Shown: one piece after another, positions 1 through 9,981 of the stretch
Layout: each line of letters opens with the position of its first letter
Position numbering within the stretch: the first letter of the stretch is position 1
NCBI GenBank assembly: GCA_964411565.1
Contig: CAYPLB010000001.1
Span: forward strand, 106,839 to 170,838
DNA from: Candidatus Woesearchaeota archaeon
Lineage (GTDB): Archaea; Nanobdellota; Nanobdellia; SCGC-AAA011-G17; GW2011-AR17
Length of the DNA stretch: 64,000 nt
Direction: 5' to 3'
Made by a program: the position numbers and the translations under genes
Notes under the pieces: generated by a model
The model's input: only the letters and a program-made list of their open reading frames with translations
Database searches by the model: none
What the model was told of the DNA's origin: nothing

Positions 1-1
1 T

Positions 2-778
2 GCTTAAAGGATATCCTTCAAACCATTTTATTGTCAAGTATGTTCCAATTAAAACTCCTTCAGCAGTTGCAGCTAAACCAATTGTACCAAATAAATGTAA
101 AGGACTTCTTTGATATGAACCTAAAAAAGTAATTGTACAAAGATCAAGTAAACCTTTGATTAATCTTTCCCAACCATATTTGCTAACTCCATGTACTCTT
201 TCTCTGTGTACAACTTTTATTTCTCCAACTTTGAAACCTTGCCATGAAGCCATAGCTGGGATGTAACGATGCATTTCTCCATAAAGTTTTAATGATTTTG
301 CAACTTCTTTTTTGTAAGCTTTGAAACCACAATTGAAATCGTGAAGATTTACTCTTGTCAAAATTCTTGTTAATTTGTTGAATAATTTTGAAGGAATTCT
401 TTTTCCTAAAGGATCTAATCTATTGTATTTCCAACCTGAAACTAAATCGTAACCTTCGTTAATTTTTTTTATAAAGTTTGGAATCTCTGCAGGGTTGTCT
501 TGTAAGTCAGCATCCATAGTAATGATAATGTCACCAGTAGCTTCTTTGAAACCAGTATTTAGGCCTTCTGCTTTTCCAAAGTTTTTTCTAAAAGAAATGA
601 TTTTTATGTTTTTGTCTTTTATTGATTGGATATTCTTTAATGTAGAATCTGTGCTACCATCATCAATGAAAATAATCTCATAAGAATATTTTTTTGGAAT
701 GTTTGCGATGATCTCTTTATACAAAGGTGAAATATTCTCCTCTTCATTGTATGCGGGTATAACAAAACTTAGTTTCAT
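2..778 (-). CDS. GT2 glycosyltransferase, ArnC/DPM1-like polyprenyl-phosphate sugar transferase; 3' end runs off the window
   Basis: Not in the ORF track. Hand translation from ATG at 778 gives MKLSFVIPAYNEEENI...IFIDDGSTD...NFGKAEGLNTGF...ITMDADLQD...HDFNCGFKAY...YGEMHRYIP. Confidence 0.9.
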   Translation of the reverse strand, partial: MKLSFVIPAYNEEENISPLYKEIIANIPKKYSYEIIFIDDGSTDSTLKNIQSIKDKNIKIISFRKNFGKAEGLNTGFKEATGDIIITMDADLQDNPAEIPNFIKKINEGYDLVSGWKYNRLDPLGKRIPSKLFNKLTRILTRVNLHDFNCGFKAYKKEVAKSLKLYGEMHRYIPAMASWQGFKVGEIKVVHRERVHGVSKYGWERLIKGLLDLCTITFLGSYQRSPLHLFGTIGLAATAEGVLIGTYLTIKWFEGYPLS

Positions 779-860
779 TATTGTGCTTTTTTTATATTGA
801 GCTTATATAGTTTTCGCAGTTTGGGTTTACTAAATATTTTTAAATGAGTTTTATTTTTAT

Positions 861-2357
861 ATGCTGATGAAGGACAAGCTTTGGAAGAATAGACATTTGA
901 TTCTTTTGTTAGTTATTCTAGTATTTGCTTTCTTTGTAAGGTTTGATTTTTTAACAGATTATTCTAATCAAGGATTATGGTATGATGAAGGAGAATATCT
1001 ATTGAGAGCAGAAAGTATAGCTTTTGATGGGTTGGAAGATCCCGAAGGAGTTGCTGAAAGAAGGCCAGTATTAATGCCTGCTCTTTGGAGTATTATTCTT
1101 TTGTTAGGTGGTGGTGAGTATGCCATAAAATTTTCTCAAGTCATACTCTCAGTGTTAGCAGTATTGTTTATTTATTTGTTAGGTAAAGAAGCACATAGTA
1201 AAAATTTAGGTTTGATTATGGCAGCATTGTTAGCAATATCATGGATACATATTTTCTTTTCAATTAGAATTGTGTTGGATCAAGCTGCATTGCTGTTTAG
1301 TATAATGGCTATGTATTTCTTTGTCAGATGTTGTAAAAAAAGTAATTGGAAAGATTCTGTGTTGACTGGAGTTTTTACTGCGTTGGCAGTTATGAGTTTT
1401 TATATTCCATTGTATTTAATTCCATTGTTTTTAGTTTATTTATTCTTCACAAAAAAGTTTAATATGTTTAAAGATAAGAATTTTTGGTATGGAGTTTTAG
1501 CTTTTATTTTAGCTTTAGCACCATGGTTGATTTGGTCTTATGTGGTTTATGGAGATCCTTTATTTGGTTTAAATCAGTATCATGGTACCGGACAAATTGA
1601 AGAAGGTTATGATTTTGGTATTTTAGGATTTTTTAGAGTTTTTCCTGCAGTTGCTTTGACAGGAATGATGATTTTCTTTTTGATAGGTTTAATAAAAAGT
1701 GTAGTTGATTTAGGTTTGTCTTTTGATTTAATTTGGAATAGGAAAACTAAAAAATTAGATCTAGATTTGTTGTTTTTTGGTTGGTTGTTAATTGTACCTA
1801 TAGCTTTAGGAATCGAAATTGTACACGTTGAACAAAGATATATGTTCCCAGCATTTATTGCTATGTTTTATTTTTTAGGTAAAGGTTTACTTTGGTTGAA
1901 GGATGTTATTGATAAAAATGTTGCTGAAAAAGCTAAAGAAGCAAAATATTTGTCTTTGATTTTGATTATATTGTTGTTAGTTTATTTCTCTTTTGTGCAA
2001 TTAGGTTATGCTGATGCTGTAATAGGTGGAAGTAGTTCTTCATTTCAACAACAAAGACAAGCTGGAGAATGGTTAAGTGAAAATATGGAACTAGAAGATA
2101 ATTTTGTTGCATGTAGTTATATTGTTGTGTACCAAGCTTATTCTGAAAGACAAGGTTATGCCTTTGGGACGAATGTTACTTTGATGGACAATGTTATTGA
2201 AAAATATGATCCTAAGTATTTAGTTGCAGATGCGTTTACACCTGATTGTGCATTTGAAGAAATTATTTCAAGAGAAGATCAGTTTGAACAAGTTGCTGTT
2301 TATTATTATGATGAAGCACAAACACAACCAATAGTAGTTATTTATGAAGTTGTTTAG
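861..2357 (+). CDS. GT-C fold multi-pass membrane glycosyltransferase (PMT/ArnT-like, GT39/GT83-like)
   Basis: About 12 hydrophobic segments; N-terminal loop WYDEGEY; late RYMFP motif; soluble C-terminal domain. Confidence 0.8.
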   Translation: MLMKDKLWKNRHLILLLVILVFAFFVRFDFLTDYSNQGLWYDEGEYLLRAESIAFDGLEDPEGVAERRPVLMPALWSIILLLGGGEYAIKFSQVILSVLAVLFIYLLGKEAHSKNLGLIMAALLAISWIHIFFSIRIVLDQAALLFSIMAMYFFVRCCKKSNWKDSVLTGVFTALAVMSFYIPLYLIPLFLVYLFFTKKFNMFKDKNFWYGVLAFILALAPWLIWSYVVYGDPLFGLNQYHGTGQIEEGYDFGILGFFRVFPAVALTGMMIFFLIGLIKSVVDLGLSFDLIWNRKTKKLDLDLLFFGWLLIVPIALGIEIVHVEQRYMFPAFIAMFYFLGKGLLWLKDVIDKNVAEKAKEAKYLSLILIILLLVYFSFVQLGYADAVIGGSSSSFQQQRQAGEWLSENMELEDNFVACSYIVVYQAYSERQGYAFGTNVTLMDNVIEKYDPKYLVADAFTPDCAFEEIISREDQFEQVAVYYYDEAQTQPIVVIYEVV

Positions 2358-3423
2358 TTAAAGCTTCTAAAGTTTTTTTTGCAGAATTTTTCCAAGTATA
2401 CTGTGAAGCATATTCTTTTAATTTAGGGAATTTTATTTTTTTGTCAAGAATGTTTTTCATGTTGAAAATGAATTCTGATTTTGAGTTTGCTAATAATCCA
2501 TTTGTTCTATGTTGAATAGATTCATTTAAACCTGCTGTGTTGAAAGAAACTGCTGGAGTGTTACAAGCGTTTGCCTCGATAACAGTTATTCCCCAACCTT
2601 CAGCACTAGAAGCTGAAGCATAAAGCCAAGATTTAGCATAAAGATTAAATTTTTCTTTCTCTGAAACTTTTCCTAAAACTTTGATTCTATTTTTTAGAGG
2701 AGAAACTTTAACTCTTTTTTTAATTTCTGGTAAGTATCTTCCTCCACCTGCAATTATTAATTCAGATTTAGGATAGTTTAGTTTCTCAAACATTTCAATA
2801 AGTAATTGTACTCTTTTGTATTTTTCAATTCTGCCAAGATAAAGAATTGTAGGATTTTTGAATTTAGTTTTAGGTTTGGCTTTTTTGTGATCAAAGCCAC
2901 AGTAACTTAAAGTAAAATTTTTTGATTTGAATCCAAGTTTTTCAAAACCTTTTTTTGTAGATTTACTTATTGCAACTAAAGGTGTGTTCCTGTATATGAT
3001 CGGCATTAAATAAACTTCAGCAAAGTAAGGCATCCATGCTAGATAAAATGGAAGTTCTTTGAAAACTACATCTTTGTGAACATGTAATAGGAGTAAGGCT
3101 TTTGGTTTGTTTGAAAATAAAGGTGTGAAATATGGAGTTCCATTTTCTACATCTAAAATGTAGTCTGTGTGTTTTTTGAATTTTTTTAAGTACAAGTATG
3201 GAAGAGTTATGTAGTTTGAAAATTTTCCTCCAGATCTGAAAACATGGCATCCATTTATTTTTTCATATTTTTTTGATCCTTTGAATCTTGGACAAAGAAA
3301 AATAACTCTATAACCTTCTTTGATCCAATGTTCTGCTTGGTTGAATGCATAAACAATTGATCCTCCAGCATATGGATGTTTAAGATCTTTCCATAAAAAA
3401 ACTGTGATTGTTTTTTGTTTCAT
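2338..3423 (-). CDS. GT4 glycosyltransferase
   Basis: HPYAGGS, YLGRIEKYKR and EGWGITVIEANAC (ExxE motif). Confidence 0.9.
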   Translation of the reverse strand: MKQKTITVFLWKDLKHPYAGGSIVYAFNQAEHWIKEGYRVIFLCPRFKGSKKYEKINGCHVFRSGGKFSNYITLPYLYLKKFKKHTDYILDVENGTPYFTPLFSNKPKALLLLHVHKDVVFKELPFYLAWMPYFAEVYLMPIIYRNTPLVAISKSTKKGFEKLGFKSKNFTLSYCGFDHKKAKPKTKFKNPTILYLGRIEKYKRVQLLIEMFEKLNYPKSELIIAGGGRYLPEIKKRVKVSPLKNRIKVLGKVSEKEKFNLYAKSWLYASASSAEGWGITVIEANACNTPAVSFNTAGLNESIQHRTNGLLANSKSEFIFNMKNILDKKIKFPKLKEYASQYTWKNSAKKTLEALTKQLHK

Positions 3424-3471
3424 TTTTTAGAATTTGAATTTAATGTTTTATTATAATTTATGTTGCATTTT

Positions 3472-3486
3472 GAAAAACTTTATAAA
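3472..3486 (+). promoter_or_regulatory. Archaeal BRE/TATA promoter of the S-layer-like gene
   Basis: GAAAAACTTTATAAA: purine-rich BRE followed by TTTATAAA, about 38 nt upstream of ATG 3524. Confidence 0.6.
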
Positions 3487-3523
3487 GGTTATGAATATTA
3501 TATAGGGATAAGAGTGTAGTAGA

Positions 3524-6500
3524 ATGTTTAAAAAAAGAGGAATACATGAATCGTTTTTGATAGTTTTAGTCGTAATTTTTACATTACTTTTTTTGTCCTT
3601 TGTTGTGGCAGAAAGTAATACTGAGTTTAGGATACATTATCTAGGTCCAGATAATGGAAGTTTCTTTGGACCTCAATTTGTAGAGGAACCTGCTTTTACA
3701 TTTAATGTTAATGGAACTAATGCTTCTTATAAAGTTAACTTGATTTTTAATGGTGGTCAAAATAATTCTGGTTTTGTTGATAATGGAACTTTAGGAAATT
3801 TAAGTTTGACTGCAAATATAGCTGACATGGCTGATGGATTTTATGTATATTATTTTAATGCTTCTAATGGTTCTGTTTCTAACTACACCGCTACAAACAG
3901 AACTCTTACTATTGATAATACTGTACCTCAAATTAGTTATGCTGCAATGGAACCTAATGAAGCTTTCATAACTAAGAATTCTTTCCTATTGAATATTTCA
4001 TATACAGAAACAAATCGAGCAAATATAACTTTTAGAATTAGGGATTCAGGAGATAATATTAATACAACAATAATTTCTGATGAAAGTGTTTCACATTTGA
4101 ATTTAACTAGTGTAACTGGTGAATCTGCTTATAGTGATGAAAATCTTACAATTAATGTAACTATATATGATAATGCAACAAACACTAATATTACATCAAA
4201 TAGAGTGGTTATTGTAGATACAACTATACCTCAAATAGAGTCACATACATCGTCAAGTATAATTAATAATAGTAATACTTCAAGTTCTTCAATTTTTGTT
4301 AATATGAGTTTTACTGAACAAAATTTTGGGAATTTAACATTTAAGTTTGCGCCAACTAGTTATGTAGTTATTAATACAACAGTAGTTTCAGAATGGTCTA
4401 CACCTTATTTGAATATAACTAGTGTAATTGGAGGTGCAGGATTAAGTGATGCAAATGTTACAATGAATGTTACAATTACAGATAGAGCAGGTAATACTAA
4501 CATTTCAACTTATGGGATGGTTTTAGATCAAACTCTGCCTACTTTTACATATGCAGGGGCTGTACAGCCTAATGCAACTTTCATAAATAATGATTATATT
4601 TATGTAAATGTGTCTGTTACAGAGGCAAATTTGATTAATTTATCTTTTAGTTTGTTAAATTCTACAGGAGCAATAAATTATTCTTTGTTGTCTGATACAA
4701 TAGGAGATGGTGCTGGATCAGCAATTAATTTTACACAAATGGATTCAAAAGCTGGGGCACTTCCAGAAGGAAACTATACTTTTAATGTAACTGCATCAGA
4801 TATAGCTGAGAATCAGAATACTTCAATAAATCAATTTATTGTTTTAGATAGGACATCTCCAACAACAGATTATCAGGCTGCAACAACAGTTGCTAATAAT
4901 AGTAATGTTTCAACAGATTATGCATTCTTTAACATGACTTTTACTGAACAAAATTTAGGTAACCTAACATTTGCTTTAAGTCCAACTGATTATACAAGTA
5001 CCAATAGTACAGTAGTTTCAGAATGGTCTACACCATATGTTAACTTTACAAGTTTAACTAGTGGTAATGCTTTACCTGATGGAAACTATACTTTTAATGT
5101 TACTATTATAGATAGAGCTTCAAATGTTGCAAATTCGGAGATTAGAACTTTCTTTTATGACCCAACATTACCAGTTGTAATGTATTCACATGGTTCTTCA
5201 GTTGCTGGGGATAGTGGGACAGCAGCTACATATATCTTTGTGAATACAACAATCACTGAAACCAATTTGATTAACTTAACTTTTAATCTGAGAAATGAAT
5301 CAGGTGCAGTTAATGCTACATTAATTTCAGATGCAATTGGTGATAGTAATTTGACATATGTTAACTTTACAAGTATGACTGAAGGTTTGGCATTGCCAGA
5401 AGGAAATTATACTTTTAATGTAACTGGAACAGATAGAATGGGTAATAAGAATACAAGTGTGAATGGAACTATTATCATTGATCAACAGTTCCCAAATCTT
5501 AGTTACCATGCAGATACACCAGCAAATAAAACTAATTTGACAAAGAACTCTATTTATGTAAAAGTTAATGTAACTGAGCAGAATTTAGCTAACATTAGTT
5601 TTGTTTTAGCAAATAGTTCCTTTGTGAATGAAACTTGGGTAACAGATACAAATGTAAGTTTTGTGAACTTCTCAAGATTAGGAGATGGTTACTATAAATT
5701 TAATGTAACAATTACAGATGTATCAAATCAAGTTAACTTTACAGCTACTAGGAATGTAACTGTTGATACAACTGCACCAGATGCAATAACAGTAAGTGCA
5801 TCGCCAAGTTCAGTTAATGGTGGAGAATCTGTAAGTTTATCTTGTGGAGCTACAGATAACTTAGGTGGAGATATTTCATATGTGATTGAAGTTCAGAAAC
5901 CGAGTGGTTCTTATGAAGTACAAACAAGTTCAGCAAGTGTGTCATATACAGATACAGCATCAGTTTCAGGAACTTATAATGTAAGATGTACAGCAACTGA
6001 TGTTTATGGAAATGCTGATGCAAGTAGTACTAGTTTTTCAGTTTCTATTGAAAGTGGAAGTTCAGGTGGTTCAAGTGGAGGAAGTAGTGCAAGTTATGCT
6101 CCAGAAGTAGAAGAAGAAGTTGAAGAAGAGGAAGAAGAAGTTGAAGTAGAGGAAGTTGAAGAAGAGATAACTGCAGCTGTTGTTTTAGAAGAAGAAAGTA
6201 GCTGGGAAGAAACAGGTGTTTTAGAATATGCTTCAGCTGTTGTAGGTGATGTAATTGAAATGACATTTACAACTAATGAAGGTGAAGAAGAAGGACACTC
6301 AGTAACTTTAAGTGAAGTAAATGTAGAAGAGCAGTTTGTAATCTTGGTCTTTGAAAGTGATCCTCAGGAATTAACTCTTTATGTAGGAGAAAGTAGAAAC
6401 TTGGATATAGATACAGATGGAAATGATGACTTCGAAGTAACTCTAAATACAATTAATGAAGATGGTACTGTTGATCTAACCTTTACAAAGCTAGAAGGAT

Positions 6501-6610
6501 GGCTTGAAAATGAAGGAGTAGAGCAAAAGTCTTACTGGTGGGTAGGATTAGTAGTAGCACTAGTAGTTGTAGCAGGAATTGTATGGTTTTTTGTTGCTAA
6601 AAAGAAGTAA
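3524..6610 (+). CDS. Large cell-surface (S-layer-like) glycoprotein with tandem Ig-like repeats
   Basis: Signal peptide; ~105-aa beta-rich repeats ending in D-x-T-x-P; very dense N-x-S/T sequons; Gly/Ser linker, acidic stretch and a C-terminal TM helix followed by KKK. Confidence 0.85.
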   Translation: MFKKRGIHESFLIVLVVIFTLLFLSFVVAESNTEFRIHYLGPDNGSFFGPQFVEEPAFTFNVNGTNASYKVNLIFNGGQNNSGFVDNGTLGNLSLTANIADMADGFYVYYFNASNGSVSNYTATNRTLTIDNTVPQISYAAMEPNEAFITKNSFLLNISYTETNRANITFRIRDSGDNINTTIISDESVSHLNLTSVTGESAYSDENLTINVTIYDNATNTNITSNRVVIVDTTIPQIESHTSSSIINNSNTSSSSIFVNMSFTEQNFGNLTFKFAPTSYVVINTTVVSEWSTPYLNITSVIGGAGLSDANVTMNVTITDRAGNTNISTYGMVLDQTLPTFTYAGAVQPNATFINNDYIYVNVSVTEANLINLSFSLLNSTGAINYSLLSDTIGDGAGSAINFTQMDSKAGALPEGNYTFNVTASDIAENQNTSINQFIVLDRTSPTTDYQAATTVANNSNVSTDYAFFNMTFTEQNLGNLTFALSPTDYTSTNSTVVSEWSTPYVNFTSLTSGNALPDGNYTFNVTIIDRASNVANSEIRTFFYDPTLPVVMYSHGSSVAGDSGTAATYIFVNTTITETNLINLTFNLRNESGAVNATLISDAIGDSNLTYVNFTSMTEGLALPEGNYTFNVTGTDRMGNKNTSVNGTIIIDQQFPNLSYHADTPANKTNLTKNSIYVKVNVTEQNLANISFVLANSSFVNETWVTDTNVSFVNFSRLGDGYYKFNVTITDVSNQVNFTATRNVTVDTTAPDAITVSASPSSVNGGESVSLSCGATDNLGGDISYVIEVQKPSGSYEVQTSSASVSYTDTASVSGTYNVRCTATDVYGNADASSTSFSVSIESGSSGGSSGGSSASYAPEVEEEVEEEEEEVEVEEVEEEITAAVVLEEESSWEETGVLEYASAVVGDVIEMTFTTNEGEEEGHSVTLSEVNVEEQFVILVFESDPQELTLYVGESRNLDIDTDGNDDFEVTLNTINEDGTVDLTFTKLEGWLENEGVEQKSYWWVGLVVALVVVAGIVWFFVAKKK
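4300..5500 (+). repeat. Intragenic tandem duplication of a two-domain unit (630-nt period)
   Basis: Exact 26-mer ACAGTAGTTTCAGAATGGTCTACACC at 4379 and 5009; TTTTACTGAACAAAATTT at 4309 and 4939; GGAAA(C/T)TATACTTTTAATGT at 4769, 5081 and 5402. Confidence 0.85.
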
Positions 6611-6680
6611 TTTCTTTTATTTTTTTAATATTGTTTATTAGCATAATCTTTATAAGTTAGATTAAATATCTTGGTTTATT

Positions 6681-7346
6681 ATGAGAGGAAAAATTTTATT
6701 ATTAGGCTTGTTATTGTTTAGCTTTACTTTTGTTTTAGCTGGTAATAGTTATGATGTAAGTTTTGAAGATCAAAATTCTCAAGCAATTTATCTTTATGAA
6801 AATGATGAAGTTAGGTTTGAGTTATTAGATGGTGAACATTCTATAATTGTTGAAGAAGTTTCTGAAATTGGAGCTAAATTTGATATTGTACCTTTTATTC
6901 ATGATGGAGTAACTAATGCTTGGCCAGGTATGGCAACTTTAGATACTATTATGAAAGTAGATTTAGATAAAGATGGTTATTATGATATGAATGTAGCTGT
7001 TTATTCTGTAGCTTCTGATGGTCAAGTACATTTAGTTTTGCAAGTTGCTGATAATAGTGATGATGATGATGATGGTAGTAGTATTGTTACAGGTTTAGTT
7101 GTGGATGATGAAGAAGAAGAGAGTGATATTGATTGGAAAAATTATATTTTAGCAGTTTTAGGTATTTTGATAGTTATAATAGTAGCAGTATTTGTTTTGA
7201 GAAGTGCTGATACTGAAGAAGAGAAGGAAGAAGCGAAAGAAGAAGAGAAAGAGGAAGTGAAGGAAGAAGCGAAAGAAGAAGAGAAGGAAGAAAATAGTGA
7301 TGATGATAAAAAAGATGATAGTGAAGAGAAAAAAGAGAAAGAATAA
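6681..7346 (+). CDS. Small membrane-anchored surface protein related to the C-terminal domain of the upstream S-layer-like protein
   Basis: Signal peptide; GEHSIIVEEV...VDLDKDGYYD...DGQVHLVL resembles EGHSVTLSEV...LDIDTDGNDD...DGTVDLTF; TM helix; acidic tail. Confidence 0.7.
   Translation: MRGKILLLGLLLFSFTFVLAGNSYDVSFEDQNSQAIYLYENDEVRFELLDGEHSIIVEEVSEIGAKFDIVPFIHDGVTNAWPGMATLDTIMKVDLDKDGYYDMNVAVYSVASDGQVHLVLQVADNSDDDDDGSSIVTGLVVDDEEEESDIDWKNYILAVLGILIVIIVAVFVLRSADTEEEKEEAKEEEKEEVKEEAKEEEKEENSDDDKKDDSEEKKEKE
7223..7285 (+). repeat. Coding direct repeat encoding (KEEAKEEE)x2
   Basis: 27-mer GAAGGAAGAAGCGAAAGAAGAAGAGAA at 7223 and 7259, 36-nt period. Confidence 0.8.
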
Positions 7347-7378
7347 ACTTTATTAATTCTTTTATATATTATTTATTT

Positions 7379-7702
7379 ATGAAATGGTATGTGTTGCTTG
7401 TTATTGTACTTTTGTCAATTAGTTTTGTAAGTGCTGAGTTAATTATTAGTTGTGAAAGAGATGATACTTGTAATTTGTTTTTAGATGATTCTTGGTGTGA
7501 AGAAGATCTTTGTGTTGTTCCTCAAGTTGAGGAGGATTTAGAAGTGAGAGATGAGTTAAGAGATTATAATGAAGTTGAATGGGGAATGTTAGTTTTGGAA
7601 GAAAAAGAAGAATTTTTTTGTGAGAACTGTTTGAATTTTGCACCTGAGTATACTGGTAATTTATTTTATGATTTTATCTATTGGTTAATTTATGCTAAGT
7701 AA
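7379..7702 (+). CDS. Small secreted Cys-containing acidic protein of unknown function
   Basis: Signal peptide ending VSA; C-x5-C-x8-C-x4-C pattern; TATA-like TTTATTAA about 25 nt upstream. Confidence 0.65.
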   Translation: MKWYVLLVIVLLSISFVSAELIISCERDDTCNLFLDDSWCEEDLCVVPQVEEDLEVRDELRDYNEVEWGMLVLEEKEEFFCENCLNFAPEYTGNLFYDFIYWLIYAK

Positions 7703-9148
7703 ACAAGCTTGACCTGAAATTGTTTTTTCTTGAAAATTACATGTTTGTGTTAAATAGGTGCAATCTTCATTTAGTGCAATTATTTCTAAGACATTTAATT
7801 CATTTAGTCCTTCTTCTAACTTCTCACAGTCTTCTGTAAAACCAATATTTGTAATTAAATCAATGTAATTTTTATCCTTTGACCAGTCAGACCAACCAGA
7901 AGCTGTATTTTTGTTTATTAAAGCTGCATAGGAATAATAAGCTTGTGGATATGAAGTTTCTATGGATTGGGATCCTAAAATTAAAAATTTTTCTTCAATA
8001 TCAGGCATAACTGCTAAGATGTCATATTCTGTTTGTGTGTAGTCTTGGAAGAAAGGAGTTAATAACATATTGTATGAGATTGCTGCAACTGTAGCTAAAG
8101 CTAGAATGATTAAAAGAGAAGTTTTTATTTTGTTTGATATTTTATTGTAATTTAATGATACTAGGAAGAATGATGTGAATAAAATTAAGAAATTAGTCCA
8201 TGGATCAGGATAAATTTCTTTGTATATTGGTATAAAAGTGATTATTCTTGTTAATACTAAGAAAGCTAGAGTTAATGTAGGTAGAAAGAAAAGAAAATCT
8301 TTTTTCTCTTTTTTATAGAAATAAAATAATGTTAATAGGGATATAGTTAAACCTGTTAGAATTAAATTACTAATTAGGAAACTGTTGAAGTCTAAAAGCC
8401 AGAGTCCAAATTCTTGGTCAATTAAATTGAGCTGTGTGTATGCTTGTAAAAATGGGATTAACCAGAATGAGGAAAGTATAATACCTAAGACTAAAGTGGA
8501 AATAATTTTTATGTTTTCTTTGAAATTTTTGGTTAGAATTAAACCTAGTAAGAAAGTTGAACCCAAAACTGTTTCTGGTTGATGAGAAATTATTAAAAAA
8601 GTATATAATGGTGCTAAGAAAAGGATTTTCCAGTCAATAGGATTGTCTTTGTAGTATAAAGCTAGATAGAAGATATATGTGAATACTACGAAAGCAGTTA
8701 GTTCTGGAAGTCTACCTTGTTTTAAAAATCCTCCAATAGCCATAGGGTTTGCAAAAATGAATAGGTATAATGCGGTAGTTTTGATCTTAGAAATTCTAAT
8801 GTGTTTTCCAATTAGATATATTGAAATGAATCCTAAAATGTAAAGTAAGATTATTGATAAGTAAGTAGAAAGCATTATGTTGTTTGTGAGATTTAATATT
8901 GGTAAAGTGAATAAAGCCCAACCTGGGGCAGATGCTTGAAATAGAATAAATCCATTGTACCAATTTGGAACATTGGCAAAAAGACCATATGCATCTAGAA
9001 AACTTAGTTGTGCAACATATGAAGCTAAATCATTTGTGTAGTCTAAAGGGAAATATTTGATTATTTTTGATGTGTCAATTAATCTGTAAATTAAGTTCAA
9101 ACTAAATAATATTATAGGAATAAGGAATATTTTATCTGATTTCTTCAT
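7685..9148 (-). CDS. GT-C-like multi-pass membrane protein (YfhO / PTPS-related membrane family)
   Basis: NDLASY loop; NWYNGF..F...PG motif; GRLPE; SSFWLIPF; many TM helices. Confidence 0.7.
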   Translation of the reverse strand: MKKSDKIFLIPIILFSLNLIYRLIDTSKIIKYFPLDYTNDLASYVAQLSFLDAYGLFANVPNWYNGFILFQASAPGWALFTLPILNLTNNIMLSTYLSIILLYILGFISIYLIGKHIRISKIKTTALYLFIFANPMAIGGFLKQGRLPELTAFVVFTYIFYLALYYKDNPIDWKILFLAPLYTFLIISHQPETVLGSTFLLGLILTKNFKENIKIISTLVLGIILSSFWLIPFLQAYTQLNLIDQEFGLWLLDFNSFLISNLILTGLTISLLTLFYFYKKEKKDFLFFLPTLTLAFLVLTRIITFIPIYKEIYPDPWTNFLILFTSFFLVSLNYNKISNKIKTSLLIILALATVAAISYNMLLTPFFQDYTQTEYDILAVMPDIEEKFLILGSQSIETSYPQAYYSYAALINKNTASGWSDWSKDKNYIDLITNIGFTEDCEKLEEGLNELNVLEIIALNEDCTYLTQTCNFQEKTISGQACLLSIN

Positions 9149-9181
9149 CTATTTTTTTAGTTTTTGAAGGTTTTATAAGGT

Positions 9182-9895
9182 TTATGAAGATATTTTTTTA
9201 CCAATATAATATACAGAAACTCCCCAAGGTAATGAAATTCTATTTTCAACTAAAAAGTTCTCAACTTTTAATATGTTAAATAATATTTTGTTTACTATTG
9301 GATTTTCTTCCTTTGCTGTGGTTTCTTCTTTTTTTAGGAAATTATTTAATTTTATTATTAAAAATGCTCCTGGAAATATTGTGAAGTCCCAATAAGTAAG
9401 AATTTGAGTTTTTAGTAAACCATTTGTAAGCCCTTTTATTTCTTTTTTTGTGTATCTTTTTTTATGTTGACATAAAACATCATGATGGGACCATAAGAAT
9501 TGGAAGGCTGAAGTATTTATTACAAGTTTTCCATCTTTTTTTAGAAGCTTTGTTAGATTTTTTATTAATTCTTTATCGTTATCAATATGTTCAATAATAT
9601 CTAAAGCTAAAATTAAATCAAATGTGTTTTCTTCAAAAGGGAGTTCTTTTGTAACATCTCCTTGAACAGCTTTTATACCTTGAGCTTTAGCTCTTTCAAC
9701 AGCTTCTTTTGATATGTCAATACCGTATTTTTCTTTAGTTGGAAATTCTTTTAGATTGATACAGGAACTACAACCTACTTCTAGGATTTTTGCATCGGAA
9801 GAAACTTTTATTCTTTTAATTAGATCTCTTTTTCCTTTGAACCACCAGTGTTCTTTTTCTAGCTTGAAATAGTCTTGCTCATAATCTTTGTCCAT
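9182..9895 (-). CDS. Class I SAM-dependent methyltransferase
   Basis: HWWF, ILEVGCSS, FDLILALDIIEHI, FLWSHHD....HKKRY. Confidence 0.9.
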   Translation of the reverse strand: MDKDYEQDYFKLEKEHWWFKGKRDLIKRIKVSSDAKILEVGCSSCINLKEFPTKEKYGIDISKEAVERAKAQGIKAVQGDVTKELPFEENTFDLILALDIIEHIDNDKELIKNLTKLLKKDGKLVINTSAFQFLWSHHDVLCQHKKRYTKKEIKGLTNGLLKTQILTYWDFTIFPGAFLIIKLNNFLKKEETTAKEENPIVNKILFNILKVENFLVENRISLPWGVSVYYIGKKISS

Positions 9896-9981
9896 AAATA
9901 TAGAATTATTTTGTCTTGTTTATAAAGGTTTATGAAGGATCTTAATAAAACTTTTAAATGGATATTTTAAAGAAAATAGAT

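Noticed and set aside
495..683. 62-aa + strand ORF
   Set aside because: Antisense shadow of the GT2 gene on the minus strand (2-778), which has clear motifs
6100..6170. GAA-rich tract as a possible regulatory or contingency repeat
   Set aside because: It simply encodes the poly-Glu linker of the surface protein and the repeats are imperfect
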